Shown: positions 11,633 to 23,800 of the stretch, in pieces
Position numbering within the stretch: the first letter of the stretch is position 1
How the letters are laid out: each line of letters starts with the position of its first letter
From: an uncultured Acidobacteriota bacterium
GTDB lineage: Bacteria; Acidobacteriota; Thermoanaerobaculia; UBA5066; Gp7-AA6
Direction: 5' to 3'
Assembly: GCA_963824165.1 (NCBI GenBank)
Contig: CAWGOM010000002.1
Span: forward strand, 744,286 to 808,285
Length of the DNA stretch: 64,000 nucleotides
Program-made: the position numbers and the translations under genes
Notes under the pieces: model-generated
Databases searched by the model: none
What the model was told of the DNA's origin: nothing
The model's input: the letters and a program-made list of their open reading frames with translations, nothing else

Positions 11633-11649
11633 GACACTAGAATGAATCC

Positions 11650-12354
11650 ATGCGCATCGCCCTGACCCTCGATCGGGACTCGGACACCTCGGAGTCGAAC
11701 GACTACCTGCGCAGCCTGGTCGACGCCGGCGTGCCGCGCGAGTCGATCGAGATCGTCACGCCGCTGTCGGGGGGCGCGCCGCGCGAGTTCGACGCGCTGG
11801 TCCTCGGCGGGGGCGTGGACGTGGACCCCGAGCGATACGGGCAGGCGCGTCTCGGCAACGGCACGGTCGAGGTGGACGCGGAGCGGGACCGGATCGACTT
11901 CGACCTCTTCTCGGAGGCCCGCCGCCGCGGCGCGCCGGTCCTCGGGATCTGCCGCGGGCTCCAGGTCGTCAACGTCGCCCTCGGCGGCACGCTCGTGCAG
12001 GACATTCCGACCGAGCGTCCCTCCGACGTCGTCCATGCACGGGAGCGCGACAAGACGCGCCTCGACCACGCGGTGGCGATCGAGCCCGGCACGCGGCTGG
12101 CGGATCTGTCCGGCGGCGCCGAGGTCCTCGTCAACAGCCGCCACCACCAGGCGATCGAGTCGGTCGCGCCGGGCCTCGCGGTTTCGGGAACGTCGCCCGA
12201 CGGTCTGGCGGAGGCGGTGGAGACCGCGGGCGGACCCTGGCTCGTGGCCGTGCAGTGGCACCCGGAGAACCTCGCCGCCGCCGGCGACCCCGTCTCGCGC
12301 CGCCTCTTCGCCGAATTCGCCGTGGCCGCCCGCGAGGCGGCGGCGCGACGCTGA
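11650..12354 (+). CDS. Peptidase C26 / gamma-glutamyl-gamma-aminobutyrate hydrolase family (class I glutamine amidotransferase)
   Basis: GG.DVDP..Y, LGICRGLQ, NSRHHQ, VQWHPE. Confidence 0.92.
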   Translation: MRIALTLDRDSDTSESNDYLRSLVDAGVPRESIEIVTPLSGGAPREFDALVLGGGVDVDPERYGQARLGNGTVEVDAERDRIDFDLFSEARRRGAPVLGICRGLQVVNVALGGTLVQDIPTERPSDVVHARERDKTRLDHAVAIEPGTRLADLSGGAEVLVNSRHHQAIESVAPGLAVSGTSPDGLAEAVETAGGPWLVAVQWHPENLAAAGDPVSRRLFAEFAVAAREAAARR

Positions 12355-12355
12355 C

Positions 12356-12380
12356 GGAATTTTCGAGAACGCCCCGCGTT
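12356..12380 (+). promoter_or_regulatory. Putative ECF-sigma promoter
   Basis: GGAAT-N17-GTT (SigH/SigR-like layout) upstream of the MBL gene. Confidence 0.35.
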
Positions 12381-12426
12381 GTGGAGCCGGATTTCCGCCG
12401 ATGAATGGCCCGAAGGAGTGTTTGTG

Positions 12427-13379
12427 ATGAAGATTCGCGCGATCGTCCCGGTTCTGGCCCTGGCCGCCGCCGTCCTGGCGGCGCCGCTGTCGGCCCAGCC
12501 CCAGCTCAAGGTTCAGAAGCTCGCCGACGGCGTCTGGGCCGCCACGCCCGACAAGGGCGCCAACGTGGGCTGGTTCCTGCTCGGCGACGGCGTCGTGGCC
12601 GTGGACGCGGGCACCGACGCCGCGACGGCCCGCGAGGTCCTGAAGCAGATCGCCGCGACGACGGGCGGCAAGCCCGTGCGCCTTCTCGTGCTCACGCACG
12701 GGCACGCCGATCACAGCGCGGGGGCGCGGGCGTTCGTCGCGGCGGGGGCCCGCGTGCTCTGCCACGAAGGGATCGCGGGGCAGATCCTCGCGTACGTCAC
12801 GCAGGCGACGACGGACCCCGCCGACCCGCTCTCCGGGAAGGCGGACGTCCGTCCCGGTCGTCGAGTCGATCTCGGAGCGCTCGATCCAGCTCGACGGCAT
12901 CCACAACGTCCAGATCTACTACCTGGGCGCGGGCCACACCGCCGGCGACCTCGTGGTCTATCTGGCGGGCGACAAGATCCTCTACGGCGGCGACCTCGCC
13001 GCCGGCGGCCGGCAGCCTTTCATGCAGTCGCCCGACGTGGATCCCGCCGCCTGGGAACGCGTGCTCCAGGCCCTCGCGCGCGTGCCGGTCGAAAAGTTCG
13101 TGCCCGGCCACGGCGAGATCGGGACCGCCACCGACATCAAGGACTCGCTCGCCTACGTGCACGCCGTCAACGTGCTCGCAAAGAAGTTCGTCGACGCCGG
13201 GACAGCGGACACGATGATCGACGGCCAGCTCCGGGACCCCGAGAACACGATCGCGAACGTGCCGCTGACGCGACGCGCACATCGCCAACGTCAAGGCCTC
13301 CGTCAAGGCGATGCGCGAGAAGGCCGCGAAGAAGACGACGCCCGCCGCGGCGCCCGCCCCGACGCCCGCGAAGAAGTGA
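12427..13379 (+). CDS. Secreted metallo-beta-lactamase-fold hydrolase (frameshifted)
   Basis: Signal peptide; THGHADH, GHTAGD, GGDL, VPGHG; AAGGAG ribosome-binding site. Confidence 0.82.
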
Positions 13380-14153
13380 TGCCGGTGAAGGGCTCCCCGG
13401 CGGGAGCGGGGGTGCGGCTCGAGCGCTCGCGCGGCGGCGCGCGGGCCGACCTGTCGATCGACCTTCCGCCGGTCAACGTGCTCGGTCCGCGGCGTCGCTC
13501 GGCGATCTCGCCGCGGCGATCGCGGCGGCCCCGCCGGCGCGCCTGCTCGTCCTGACGGGCCTTCCGCGCGCCTTCTCGGCCGGCGTCGAGGTGGCCGCGC
13601 ACGCGCCCGAGCCCGCCCGGATCGAGGCGATGCTCGCCGCGATGCGCGCGGTGCTCGCGGCCCTCGTCGAAACGCCGGCCGTCACGCTCGCCTCCGTGTC
13701 GGGCGCGTGCCTGGGCGGGGGAGCCGAGATCGTCGCGGCCTGCGACCTGGTGCTCGTCTCCGAGGACGCGCGCATCGGTTTCCCGGAGATCCGCCTCGCC
13801 TGCTTTCCGCCGGGCGCGGCGGTGCTGCTGCCGCTGCGCCTCGGGGAGGCGCGGGCCACGGAGTGGATCCTGACGGGGCAGACCTATCTCGGGACGGGAG
13901 GCCGCCGCCGCGGGATTCGCCGCGCGCGCCGTGCGAGCCGGGCCGCCTCGCCGCGGAGACCGAGCGGCTCGCGGAGCGCCTGCTCTCGGCGTCGCCGGCG
14001 GCGCTGTCGGCGGCGCTCGGCCTCGTCCGGCGCAGCCGCCGCGAGGCGCTGACGCAGGGGCTCCCGGCGGCCGAGGACGCCTACCGGACGCTCGCGGGAA
14101 GCGAGGACCTCGAGCGCGCCGTCCGCGAGTTCGAGGCCGCGCGCCGCCGCTGA
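13379..14153 (+). CDS. Enoyl-CoA hydratase/isomerase resembling cyclohexa-1,5-dienecarbonyl-CoA hydratase (Dch) (frameshifted)
   Basis: PPVNVL, FSAGVEVAAH, GACLGGGAE, GFPEIRLACFPP; start overlaps the upstream stop. Confidence 0.75.
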
Positions 14154-14167
14154 TAGCATCCCGCGCG

Positions 14168-15025
14168 ATGGCGATCCTGTACCTGAACGGGCGCTTCGTG
14201 CCCGAGGCCGAGGCGCGCGATCTCGCCGCTCGACCGCGGGTTTCTGTTCGCCGACGCGATCTACGAGGTCGTGCGCTACTGGCGCGGCCGGCCGTACCAC
14301 CTCGAGGCGCACGTCGAGCGCATGCGGGAGGGGCTCGACGGCCATCCGCATCAAGGCCTCGCCGGACTTCTTTCCCGAGGTGGGCCGACGCCTCCTCGAG
14401 GAGAACGGCCTTTCGGACAAGGACGCCTTCGTTTACGCGCAGGTCTCGCGCGGCGCCGCGCCGCGGTACCACGCCTTCCCGCCCGAGGGCACCACGCCCA
14501 CGGTCTTCGCCTTCGCCCGCGAGGTGGACCCGCCACCGCCGGCCGAGGGCAGCAAGGTGATCCTCCTGACCGACGAACGCTGGGGTCGCTGCGACATCAA
14601 GAGCGTGATGCTCCTGCCCAACGTCCTCGCGGCGCAGAAGGCCCGGGAGGCCGGGCGCGATCGACGCGATCCTCGTCCGGGACGGGTTCGCGCTCGAGGC
14701 GACCAAGGCCAACGTGTTCATCGTCGCGAAGGGCGTGCTGCGGACCGCGCCGAACGGCCCGCGGATCCTGCCCGGCGTGACCCGCACGGCGACGATCGAC
14801 GCCGCCCGCCGCCTCGGCCTGACGGTCGAGGAGCGCGCCTTCACGGTCGAGGAGCTCTGCTCGCGCGCAGGAGGCCTTTCTCGCCTCGACGACGATGTGG
14901 ACCCAGCCCATCGTCGCCGTCGAGGACCGCGTCATCGGGAGCGGGAAGCCCGGACCGGTCGCGCGGATGCTGAAGGAGGCCCTGGTCGCGGAGTTCCGGG
15001 GCGTGCGGCGACGGCGTCGCCCTAG
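14168..15025 (+). CDS. Class IV aminotransferase, D-amino-acid transaminase-like (frameshifted)
   Basis: DRGFLFADAIYEV, QVSRG..PRYH, RWGRCDIKS, ILPGVTR, GKPGP. Confidence 0.85.
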
Positions 15026-15027
15026 TC

Positions 15028-15411
15028 CTAACCCGTCGGGTACTTCGCCTCGATCGTCGACGAGATCCCGCCGCGCGAGGAGAATCGGCCGGTGATCGTC
15101 ATCGACTTCGGCCGGCACGCCGCCACGCAGTCCTCGAGGATCCGGTTGACCGCGTTCTCGTAGAAGATCCCGACGTTGCGGTACGCGACGATGTAGAGCT
15201 TCAGGGACTTCAGCTCCAGGCACAGCCGGTCCGGCACGTACCGGATCGTCAGGTGGCCGAAGTCCGGCAGCTCCGTCTTCGGGCAGATCGCGTTGTACTC
15301 CGGGATCTCGACGGTGATCTCGTAGTCGGGGTACTGGTTCGGCCAGGTCTCGATCGCGGGCAGCTTCGCGTCGATCCCGGAGCGGGCGTGCGCGTCGGTG
15401 TATTCGGGCAT
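15028..15411 (-). CDS. queF: NADPH-dependent 7-cyano-7-deazaguanine reductase (short type)
   Basis: PEY.AICPKT..PDF, ELKSLKLY, RGGI. Confidence 0.95.
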   Translation of the reverse strand: MPEYTDAHARSGIDAKLPAIETWPNQYPDYEITVEIPEYNAICPKTELPDFGHLTIRYVPDRLCLELKSLKLYIVAYRNVGIFYENAVNRILEDCVAACRPKSMTITGRFSSRGGISSTIEAKYPTG

Positions 15412-15452
15412 GGGCGCAAATCCTATCCGAGCCTGCTACCATCCGCTCGCGC

Positions 15453-16086
15453 CATGGAGTGGTTCAAGCAGCTCTTCCACCAGCTCACCGACGTCGAGAC
15501 GCTCGTCCGCGTCGGCGGGCTGACCGCGATGACGATCATCGTCTTCGCCGAGACCGGCCTTCTCGTCGGCTTCTTCCTGCCGGGCGACTCGCTGCTCGTG
15601 ACGGCCGGCGTCTTCGCGGGGACGGGCCAGATCAACATCGTTCACCTGAACCTCGTCCTGATGGCGGCGGCGATCCTCGGCGACACCGTGGGCTACTGGT
15701 TCGGCCGCAAGACCGGGCCCGCGCTCTTCAAGCGGCCGAAGTCGTTCTTCTTCAACCCCGACCACCTGCGCCGCGCGCACGACTTCTACGAGAAGCACGG
15801 CGGGAAGACGATCGTCATCGCGCGCTTCATGCCCATCGTCCGGACCTTCGCGCCGATCGTCGCCGGCATGGGCCAGATGGAGTACCGCCGCTTCCTCCTC
15901 TTCAACGTCTTCGGCGGGATCTTCTGGGTCCTCTCGATGACGCTGATCGGCTACTTCCTCGGCCAGATCCCGGGCGTCAAGGAGCACATCGAGATCGTCA
16001 TCATCGCGGTCGTCTTCCTCTCGATCCTGCCGGGCATCATCGCCGCGGCCATCGAGTGGCGGAAGAAGCGCGTCAGGTCGTCCTGA
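15453..16086 (+). CDS. DedA/VTT family membrane protein
   Basis: FAETGLLVGFFLPGDSLL, ARFMPIVRTFAP. Confidence 0.95.
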
Positions 16087-16604
16087 CGGGAACGAGCAGC
16101 GGCACGGCGCCCGCCACGAGCCCGGCGGCGAGTCCCGCCAGGCCCGCGACTCCCGCGATCCAGCAGCCCGACGGTGCCCGCGAGCAGCGTGACCAGGGCG
16201 GCCGTGACCCAGTAGGCGGCCGGGTTCTCCAGCCGCACCCGCCGCCGGGACGCGAGCACGAGGCCCGCCGCGGCGCCGCCGGCGGCGCAGAACCACGGCA
16301 GGAGATCGCAGAGCGCGGGCGAGCCGAACGCCTCGATCGCCGGCGGCAGCAGGAAGGGCACGAGCCCGGCCGCCAGCCCCGCGCGCGCCCCCCGGCCCCA
16401 GTCCTGGCCGCGATACAGCATGGCCGCGACCAGGATCCCCAGCGCGACCGAGCACGCGACGGACGGGAACGGCTGGGCGCACTGCAGGAAGGCGAGCGAC
16501 GCCGCCGGCGGGATCAGGACGGCGGGCAGCACGGCTCGCCGGAGCCGCCCGCGCTCGTATGCGCGCCGCGCCCGCGCCTTCAGGTCGTCAGGCATCCGGT
16601 CCAT
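16073..16604 (-). CDS. Multi-pass membrane protein, probable anti-sigma factor (one frameshift)
   Basis: Overlaps the 3' end of the ECF sigma gene; ARARRAYERGRLR N-terminus followed by several TM helices containing Cys. Confidence 0.6.
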
Positions 16605-17134
16605 GTCCCGTCGTCCACGCGCGGCGCAGCCGCGTCACGGCGCGCTGCACCCGCTTGCGAAAGGTCGCCGGCGGCACGCCCGGCCGTTCTCCCGTCATGT
16701 ACGCCCGAAGCGTCGCTTCGTCGGACGGATCGAGCTCCGCCAGGACGTCGTCGATCTGGCGCGCGCGCTGGGCTTCGACCGCGGCGTCCTCCGGCGATCG
16801 CCCGCCGTCGGGCCGCCCGGCCAGCGACTCCGTCGTCGAGGACCTCCTCGCGCCGGCGGCGTCGGCGCGTGCGGGCCGTCCGGATCTCCCAGGCCGCGAT
16901 CCCGAGAATCCAGGCGAGGGCGTCGCGGCTGCGGTCGAACTCGCTCGCCCGGGCGAACACGGAGAGCAGCGCCTCCTGCGCGGCGTCGTCCGCGTCGGCG
17001 GGCGGAAGGTGGCGGCCGACGAATCCGCGCACGAGCGGCCAGACGCTCTCGAACACGCCGTCGAACACGGCCCGGTTGCCGTCGGCGAGCTCGGCCATCT
17101 GCGACCGGAGCCATTCGCGCTCATGGCGCTCCAT
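16588..17134 (-). CDS. ECF-type RNA polymerase sigma factor (one frameshift)
   Basis: Region 2 DADDAAQE..L.VF...FD...W...IA; region 4 ATFRKRVQRA..RLR. Confidence 0.82.
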
Positions 17135-17178
17135 TCTTTCGAGCGTAACAGCCGCCGGACACCCCTCTCGAGGGGGTA

Positions 17179-17245
17179 TAGGCGCGAGGGGGCCCGGGCG
17201 TGACACCCCCCGGCGACGTGTCACGCCGGGCGGCACTGGCGCCTA
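17179..17245. promoter_or_regulatory. Back-to-back putative ECF promoters (TGTCAC-N15-CGCCTA on both strands)
   Basis: Plus strand: TGTCAC 17219-17224 and CGCCTA 17240-17245; minus strand: TGTCAC 17205-17200 and CGCCTA 17184-17179. Confidence 0.6.
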
Positions 17246-17265
17246 GTGCTCTCCGGAGGAATCGA

Positions 17266-18235
17266 ATGAACGCTGTGATGACGCTCGCCCTCGTCGCGCT
17301 CGGCCTGCTCGCGCCGCCGCCCCCGGAGTCCTGCCCGCCGGCCTCGTGCGCGCCCGGCGAGACCGCTTCCGTCGGCCGGCTGATCGTGCCGTCGGAGCAC
17401 TATGCGCGGCTCGCCCGCCTCGACGCGCTCCGCGCGAGGGCGGCGGGCCGGCGCGACCGGCAGCTCTTCGACCTCGCCGTCGATGAGCCCGGGCTACTTC
17501 AAGATCCTCGGCCGCGCTCCGGCGTACCTGAGCGCGCCGCCCTCCGTCTTCTCCCTCCCCGAGTTCCCGGCCAACAGCTCCGCGCAGACCCGCGCGGAGC
17601 TCGACTTCCTGCTGGAGCTCCAGGCGAAGTCGCGCAGCCCGGAAAACGTGGCGCGCAGCAAGGCCCTGGCGGGCGTGTACTACCGGGTCAGCACGCAGCC
17701 CGGCGACGAGGACTACGCGCGCATGCGCCGCAACCTCTTCTTCACGGGCAGCGCGCTCGGCGAGTGGTTCGGTCCCGAGACTCTGCCGAAGACGGCGGAC
17801 CTCATGGCCCGCGTCCAGTCGGACGCCTCGTACTACATCTGGACGCAGAAGTACCGTTTCGACCGCGCGCGGCCCTACGAGATCGAGCCGAGGATCGAGA
17901 CGGCTGGAAACGCCCAACTTTCCGGCCTATCCCAGCGCCCACTCGGGCAACTCGTGGGTGGCGGCCTTCGTCTTCGAGGAGCTGCTGCCCGACGGAGCGC
18001 GACGTCTTTCATCGCGGGGCCGCGGAGCTCGCCTTCTCGCGCGAGATCCTGGGAGTCCACTTCCCGAGCGACTCGACCTCGGGCCGGGCGCTCGCCCGTC
18101 AGATCGTCGACCGCCTGAAGACGCGTTCCGCAGTTTCGCAACGACCTCGAGGCCGCGCGCGCGGAGATCGCGGGCGCCCGGCGGACGGGCGCGGCCGCGA
18201 CGAAGGCGGCGTCGAAGGACGGCGACTGTTTCTGA
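17266..18235 (+). CDS. Secreted PAP2-superfamily (class A acid phosphatase-like) protein (frameshifted)
   Basis: Signal peptide; KYRFDRARPY, YPSAH, SREILGVHFPSD. Confidence 0.8.
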
Positions 18236-18254
18236 GGAGCGGCGGAAGGCGAGA

Positions 18255-18782
18255 CTAGGCGACGGCCGAGGTGAAGGGCCGCAGCGCGTCGGGCATCGAG
18301 CCGCGGATCTCGGCGAGCAGGCTCGCGATCTCGACGCCGTGCGCGCGGTCGTGCTCGACCATCATGCGCGGGAGGTCCTCGAGGGTGACGCGTCCCACGC
18401 CTTCCTGCGCGCCGGCGCGCTTCCACTCGGACGGGGAAAGGCGCGCGAGCGCCTCGAGGTTCTGCCGCCGCGAGCGGGCGAAGCACACGATGCCGCGGTC
18501 GACGTCCCGTTCCTGGTAGGCGCGCTCGCGGGCGATGCGGTCCCCGTCGAAGTTCAGCAGGGCCGGCTCCGTCTCGCCGAGGATGCGCCGGATGCGCACG
18601 CCGTAGCCGTCGCGCTCGAGGTCGGCCAGGTGCCAGACGTTCTCGAGCAGCGAGAAGCCGCCCGCGGCCGGGCGCCGCCGTGCCTCCGCCGGGGACAGGA
18701 GGGCCGCCGCGCGGGACAGGAGGGCCGGCGTGGACTCGAGGGTCAGCAGGAGGGTCTCGAATTCGCGCCGTTTCATCGTCAT
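18255..18782 (-). CDS. DinB family protein
   Basis: FSLLENVWHLADLE, RIRRIL.E..P.L, EHDRAH. Confidence 0.85.
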   Translation of the reverse strand: MTMKRREFETLLLTLESTPALLSRAAALLSPAEARRRPAAGGFSLLENVWHLADLERDGYGVRIRRILGETEPALLNFDGDRIARERAYQERDVDRGIVCFARSRRQNLEALARLSPSEWKRAGAQEGVGRVTLEDLPRMMVEHDRAHGVEIASLLAEIRGSMPDALRPFTSAVA

Positions 18783-18796
18783 TCCTCAGTACCCAA

Positions 18797-18822
18797 TACG
18801 CGCGCCGGACCGGAAAAGTTTC
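18797..18822 (-). promoter_or_regulatory. Putative ECF (SigW-like) promoter for the DinB gene
   Basis: Minus strand GAAAC-N17-CGTA. Confidence 0.3.
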
Positions 18823-18839
18823 GCCATAGACTGCAAACC

Positions 18840-19295
18840 ATGGGGATCCACGAAATCCGTCAGTACTTCCTTTCGAAGCTGTCCTCTCCGGAGGAGCCCC
18901 GCGCGGCCGGACGAAGTGGCGATCGCGGCCTGCGCGCTGCTGCTCGAGATCGCCAACGCCGACGACGGCCTTCGACGGAGGCCGAGCGCGAGCGGATTTT
19001 ACGCGCCGTTCGCGAGGACTTCGGCGTGGCGCCGTAGGACGTCGCCGAGATCGTCCGGCTCGCGGAGGCGGAGCGGCGCGAGAGCGTCGACCTCTACCAG
19101 TTCACGCGGCTGATCACCGAGCGGTTCACGCGCGAGGAGCGGCTGCGCCTGGTCGAGGTGATCTGGGGCGTCGTCTACTCCGACGGGTCGCTCACCGCCG
19201 CCGAGAACCAGCTCGCGCGGCGCATCGCCGAGCTGCTCGGGTTCCAGCACCCGGAGGTGCAGGCGGTGCGGGAGAAGGTCGCCGGGAAGAGCTAG
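18840..19295 (+). CDS. TerB family tellurite-resistance-like protein (indels and one in-frame stop, probably errors)
   Basis: AACALLLEIANAD, DLYQFTRLI, W.VVYSDG.L...E....RRIAELLG. Confidence 0.75.
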
Positions 19296-19305
19296 CCCGG
19301 CGCCG

Positions 19306-20729
19306 TCACCGGGGCGCCCACACGGGCAGCGACGCGCTTCTCCGGCGGGATCCGCTCGAGCGTCGCCGGCGATCTCGGCGAGCACGTAGGCGAGCGTCGC
19401 CGTCGCCGCGGTCGACCGGTCCAGGATCTTCGGGTCGATGCGGTCGAAGTTGTCGTTGGCCGTGTGGTGGTGGTCGAAGTAGTCCGTCGCGTCGAGCAGG
19501 AGCCCCAGGTTCGGAATGCCCGAGGGCAGCAGGTACGTCAGGTCGGCCCCGCCGATGTCCGCGACCGTGAGCGTGTCGGCGGCGATCGGCGCGAGCACGC
19601 CGGCCACGGCCTTGAGCATCGCCTCGGCCGAGGGGCCGGCGTTCCACGAGAATCCGAGCGGCGGTCCCTGTCCCAGGTCGGCCTCGAGCGCCGCCACGTG
19701 CGACGCGAGCTCGGCCGCGTGCGCCTCGGCGTAGGCCTTGCCGCCCCTGAGGCCGTTCTCCTCGTTGGCGAAGAGGACGACGCGGACCGTCCGCCGCGGG
19801 CGCTCGCGAAGCAGGCCGATCTGGCGCGCCGCCTCGATGACGATGCCGCAGCCCGCGGCGTCGTCGAGGGCGCCCGTGCCGAGGTCCCAGGAGTCGAGGT
19901 GCGCGCCGAGGAGCACGATCTCCTCCGGCGCCTCGCGGCCCGGGATGTCGCCGATCACGTTGGCGGACTCGGCGTCGGGCAGCGTGCGGCAGCCGAGCGT
20001 GAAGCGCACGCGGACGGGGCCGCGCTGCGAGGAGACGGGTCAGGAGCGCCGCGTCGGGCGCCGACACGGCCGCCGCCGGGATCTTCGTCACGCCTGCTCG
20101 TAGTGCGTGCCGCCGGTGTGGGGGAGGCGGTCGTCGTCGGTCCCGATCGAGCGGATGAGCAGGCCGACGGCGCCGAGCCTCGCAGGCGCCGAGGGGCCGT
20201 CGCCGCGCACACGGCCGGCCGAGGCATAGCCCGAGCCGTCCGACGTGCGCGCGGTCGGGCGGTCGATGAAGACGATCTTGCCCCGGACGGCGCTCGCCCC
20301 GCCCGCGAGCTCGTCGAGCGACGCGACCCGCACGATCTCGCCCTCGAGGCCGCCCTCGGGCGTCGCGACGCTGCCGCCCAGGGCCGTCAGGGCGAGCGTC
20401 TGCGAGACGGGTGAAACGACCTCGCCGGTCTCGACGCCGCGCTGCCAGACGGGGACCATCACCTTCTCGGCCCGGACGTTCTGGAAGCCCTGGGCCTGCG
20501 AGCATCCTGACCGCCAGCGCCACCGCGGCGCGGTCGCCCGCGGAGCCGGCGAGCCGGGGCCCGGCGAGGTCGGTCAGGTCGCGCACCCAGTCGACGGCTT
20601 TCGATCCCGCGAGGATGCGTGTCGCGCAGCGTCGCGGCGGACGCGAGGACGGCGGGCGGGACGGCCGGGTCGGCGGCCGGCGCCGGCCGAGGCGAGCGCG
20701 CACACCGAGAGAACGAGGACGAGGCGCAT
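19306..20729 (-). CDS. Secreted M28 peptidase, carboxypeptidase Q-like (frameshifted)
   Basis: GPRLAGS, ALGGSVAT, GAHLDSWDLGTGALDD, NEENGLRG, YFDHHHTAND. Confidence 0.88.
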
Positions 20730-20846
20730 CAATGACTTCAAGAGCTCCCTCCGCGCCGCGGCATCCTATCAGCCGTGCCCCGCGCTCCGGCTTCTGCCGT
20801 CGCACGGCCTCCGGCCTCCCGCCTCCTGCATTAATATCCCCCTCCC

Positions 20847-23800
20847 ATGTCCACCCGCAGCTCCGCAGGCCGAGCCTGTCCGAGGAGCTCCTCGCCGAGT
20901 TCGGCGCCAACGCCAGCTACGTCGAGGAGCTCTTCCACCGCTACCGGGCCAACCCCGCCGCCGTCGACGACGAGTGGCGCCGGTACTTTCGCGAGCGCTT
21001 CGGCGAGGCGGAGCCGAGCGTCCCGGCGCCTGCGGCGGAGGCGGCGCGCCCCGCGCCGGCGGCGGCCCCGGCCCCCGCTCCGGGACCGGCGATCTCCGGC
21101 GAGCGGATCCCCCTGCGCGGCGCGGCGGCCCGGATCGCCGAGAACATGCAGGCGAGCCTCGCGGTCCCGACCGCCACGACGCAGCGTCAGATCCCGATCA
21201 AGCTGCTCGACGAGAACCGCCGCCTCATCAACGACGCGCGCGCGTCGATGGGGCAGTCCAAGATCTCGTTCACCCACCTGATCTCGTGGGCCATCATCCG
21301 CGGGATCGAGGCCTTCCCCGTCATGAACGACGCGTTCGACGCGGCTTCGGGCGAGCCCGTCCGCGTGCGGCGCGGGGAGATCCGCTTCGGCCTCGCGGTC
21401 GACGTGACGAAGTCCGACGGCTCGCGTTCCCTCCTCGTTCCCAACGTGAAGAACGCGCAGGCGCTGAGCTTCGCGCAGTTCCTGGCGGCCTCGGACGACA
21501 TCGTCACCCGCGCCCGCGCCGGCAAGCTGCAGATCTCCGACTTCGAGGGCACGACGATCTCGCTGACCAACCCGGGCACGCTCGGCACGACCGCGTCGGT
21601 GCCGCGCCTGATGCCCGGGCCAGGGCGCCATCATCGCGACCGGGGCGATCGAGTACCCGGCCGAGTTCGCGGCCTCCGCTCCGGCGACGCTCTCGCGCCT
21701 GGCGATCAGCAAGGCCGTGACGTTCACGTCCACCTACGACCACCGCATCATCCAGGGCGCCGAGTCGGGCGCCTTCCTGGCGCACGTCCAGGAGCTGCTG
21801 CTGGGCGGCCACGGCTTCTACGAGGGCGTGTTTTCCGACCTCGGGATCGCGTTCCGGCCCCTGAAGTGGGAGACCGACAAGAACCCGCCGTATGCCGCCG
21901 ACGGCCACGCCGAGGACATCGCCAAGCAGGCGCGGGTCCTCGAGCTCATCAACGCCTACCGCGTCCGCGGCCACCTGCTCGCCGACATCGACCCGCTGCG
22001 CTCGCGCGAGATCGCGGCCCACCCGGAGCTGGAGCTCGAGACTTACGGCCTGACGATCTGGGACCTCGACCGCGAGTTCTACACGGGCGGCCTGAAGGGC
22101 GGCGACCGGATGCCGCTGCGCGAGATCATCGCGCTGATGCGCCGCGTGTACTGCGGCAAGATCGGCACCGAGTATCGCTACATCTCGAGCCCCACCGAGA
22201 AGTACTGGATCCGGGCGCACGTCGCCGCGGCCGCCGCGGCCGGGCCCCTGCCGACGGAGGTTCGCAAGAGCCTGCTCGTCAAGCTGATCGCGGCGGAGGA
22301 GTTCGAGCGGTTCCTCGGCACGAAGTTCCTGGGCCAGCGGCGCTACTCGGTCGAGGGCTGCGAGACGGCGATCCCGCTGCTCGACCGGCTCGTCGAGGGC
22401 TCCGCCGCGCGCGGAAGTCGACGAGGTCGTCATCGGGATGTCGCACCGCGGGCGGCTGAACATCCTCGCCAACGTCGTCGGCAACTCGGCCGAGCGGATC
22501 TTCTCGGGTTTCGAGGGCGTCGTGCACCCGGACTTTCCGGCCGACGAGGGCGACGTCAAGTATCACCAGGGCGCGCGCACGGTCCGCCGCTCCGAGTCCG
22601 GCCGCGAGATCGGCGTGCAGGTCGAGTCGAACCCCTCGCACCTCGAGGCCGTCGACCCGGTGGTCGAGGGCGTCGTGCGCGCCAAGCAGGAGCGCAAGGC
22701 CGGCGCACGGCCCCGCGGCGTGGAAGCCCGTGCTGCCGGTCCTCCTCCACGGCGACGCGGCCTTCGCGGGGCAGGGGATGGTGGCCGAGGTGCTGAATCT
22801 CGCGCAGCTGCCGGGCTACCGCACCGGCGGCACGATCCACGTCGTCGTCAACAACCAGATCGGATTCACGACGCCGCCCTCGAAGGGCCGCTCCTCGGTC
22901 TACTCGACCGACGTCGCGAAGATCAACCAGGTCCCGATCTTCCACGTCAACGCGCGACGATCCCGAGGCGGCCTACCGCGTGCTCGAGATCGCGCTCGAC
23001 TACCGCCAGGAGTTCCACAAGGACGTCGTCATCGACCTGATCGGCTTCCGCCGGCACGGCCACAACGAGGGCGACGAGCCCACGTACACGCAGCCCCTGA
23101 TGTACCGGGCGATCGAGGCGCACCCCGGCGTGCGGACGCTGTACGCGCGGCGGCTCGTCCGCGAGGGCGTCGTCACCGAGGCGGAGGTGCAGGAGCTCGA
23201 GGCGCGCCAGCTCGCGGCGTACGAGGCGGCGCTCGCCTCGGCCAAGGAAGCCGCCGCGCCGGCCCGCGCGCGCCCGCCCCGGCCGGACCGGAGGGCGCGC
23301 TCGGCGTCGTCGAGATCGAGACGGGCGTTTCGCGCGAGACGCTCGCGCGGATCGGCCGCGTGCTCGACGACGGTGCCCGGCGGGCTTCGGCCTGAACCCC
23401 AAGATGGTCCAGCAGCTCGCCCGCCGCGCGAAGATGGCGGAGGGCGCGCTGCCGCTCGACTGGGGGACGGCCGAGGCCCTCGCCTTCGGAACGCTGCTGC
23501 TCGAGGGGACGCCGATCCGCGTCAGCGGCCAGGACTCGAGCCGCGGGACCTTCTCGCAGCGGCACGCCGTCCTCCACGACACGCAGACGGCGGAGACCTG
23601 GACGCCGCTTTCGACACTCGACCCGAGGCCAGGCCCACTTCGAGGCCTGCGACAGCCCGCTCTCGGAGTTCGCGGTGCTCGGCTTCGACTACGGCTACAG
23701 CGTCGAGTGGCCCGAGGCGCTCGTCCTCTGGGAGGCGCAGTTCGGCGACTTCGCCAACGGCGCCCAGGTCATCGTCGACCAGTTCATCGCGTCGGCCGAG

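Noticed and set aside
19035-19037. In-frame TAG in the TerB-like gene as possible readthrough or pyrrolysine
   Set aside because: It sits in an error-rich stretch, GAG is the likely codon, and there are no pyl genes in the window
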